Shown: positions 63,954 to 64,000 of the stretch, one piece after another
How the letters are laid out: each line of letters opens with the position of its first letter
Position numbering within the stretch: position 1 is the first letter of the stretch
Origin: an archaeon
GTDB taxonomy: Archaea; Nanobdellota; Nanobdellia; Woesearchaeales; GW2011-AR9
Assembly: GCA_043812455.1 (NCBI GenBank)
Contig: JBDRMB010000039.1
Span: 12,736 to 76,735 of the forward strand
DNA length: 64,000 nucleotides
Direction: 5' to 3'
Made by a program: the position numbers and the translations under genes
Notes under the pieces: model-generated
What the model was told of the DNA's origin: nothing
Database searches by the model: none
The model's input: the letters and a program-made list of their open reading frames with translations, nothing else

Positions 63954-64000
63954 TTTTAATTAACCTCTGCCTTGATATATTGCGCTAATCCTATGGGGTA

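Noticed and set aside
1-64000. Search for rRNA, tRNA, C/D-box sRNA and CRISPR arrays in all intergenic regions
   Set aside because: None was recognised by eye. The intergenic regions are short and AT-rich. This is a weak negative that tRNAscan/Infernal should confirm.

Overview
This is an AT-rich, tightly packed archaeal window. The archaeal assignment rests on FEN1, tRNA-splicing endonuclease EndA, fibrillarin, Trm5, archaeal-type GluRS, deoxyhypusine synthase and a split transketolase. That informational core, combined with giant surface proteins rich in N-x-S/T sequons and cysteines, suggests a small-genome DPANN-type archaeon; this lineage call is inference only. I recognised no rRNA, tRNA, CRISPR array or clear mobile element. 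The window falls into four parts. (1) 1-12.8 kb is a surface-protein island. It holds two paralogous giant envelope proteins (one truncated by the window edge, one of 2201 aa) and a 201-aa miniature of them. Each giant gene is translationally coupled to a small DNA-binding gene: a wHTH protein for one and a degenerate tyrosine-recombinase catalytic domain for the other. Repeated operator-like motifs lie nearby, and inverted DUF95/SpoIIM-like paralogs bracket the island. (2) 12.9-37.7 kb is housekeeping: transketolase, two TrxR-like genes, endA, fen, a fused pyrB-pyrI, trm5, fibrillarin, a trxB-VKOR-secreted-thioredoxin disulfide module, pyrE-like/pyrF/pyrC, a dys-unknown-decarboxylase-agmatinase operon, and gltX. 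(3) 38-50 kb encodes cadherin-like/He_PIG, thrombospondin-type-3 and CARDB-like adhesins, a beta-rich secreted protein, and a divergent RelA/SpoT-like nucleotidyltransferase. (4) 50.3-64 kb is the best candidate for an undescribed system. A + strand operon encodes two small bitopic membrane proteins, a long coiled-coil protein, a Vps4-like classical AAA ATPase, a second P-loop NTPase and a large helical protein. A shared promoter-proximal motif precedes its three transcription units. Converging on this operon is a triad of a PP2C-coiled-coil protein, a bitopic membrane protein and a transmembrane Ser/Thr kinase. All functional calls come from motif reading by eye; no database search was possible.
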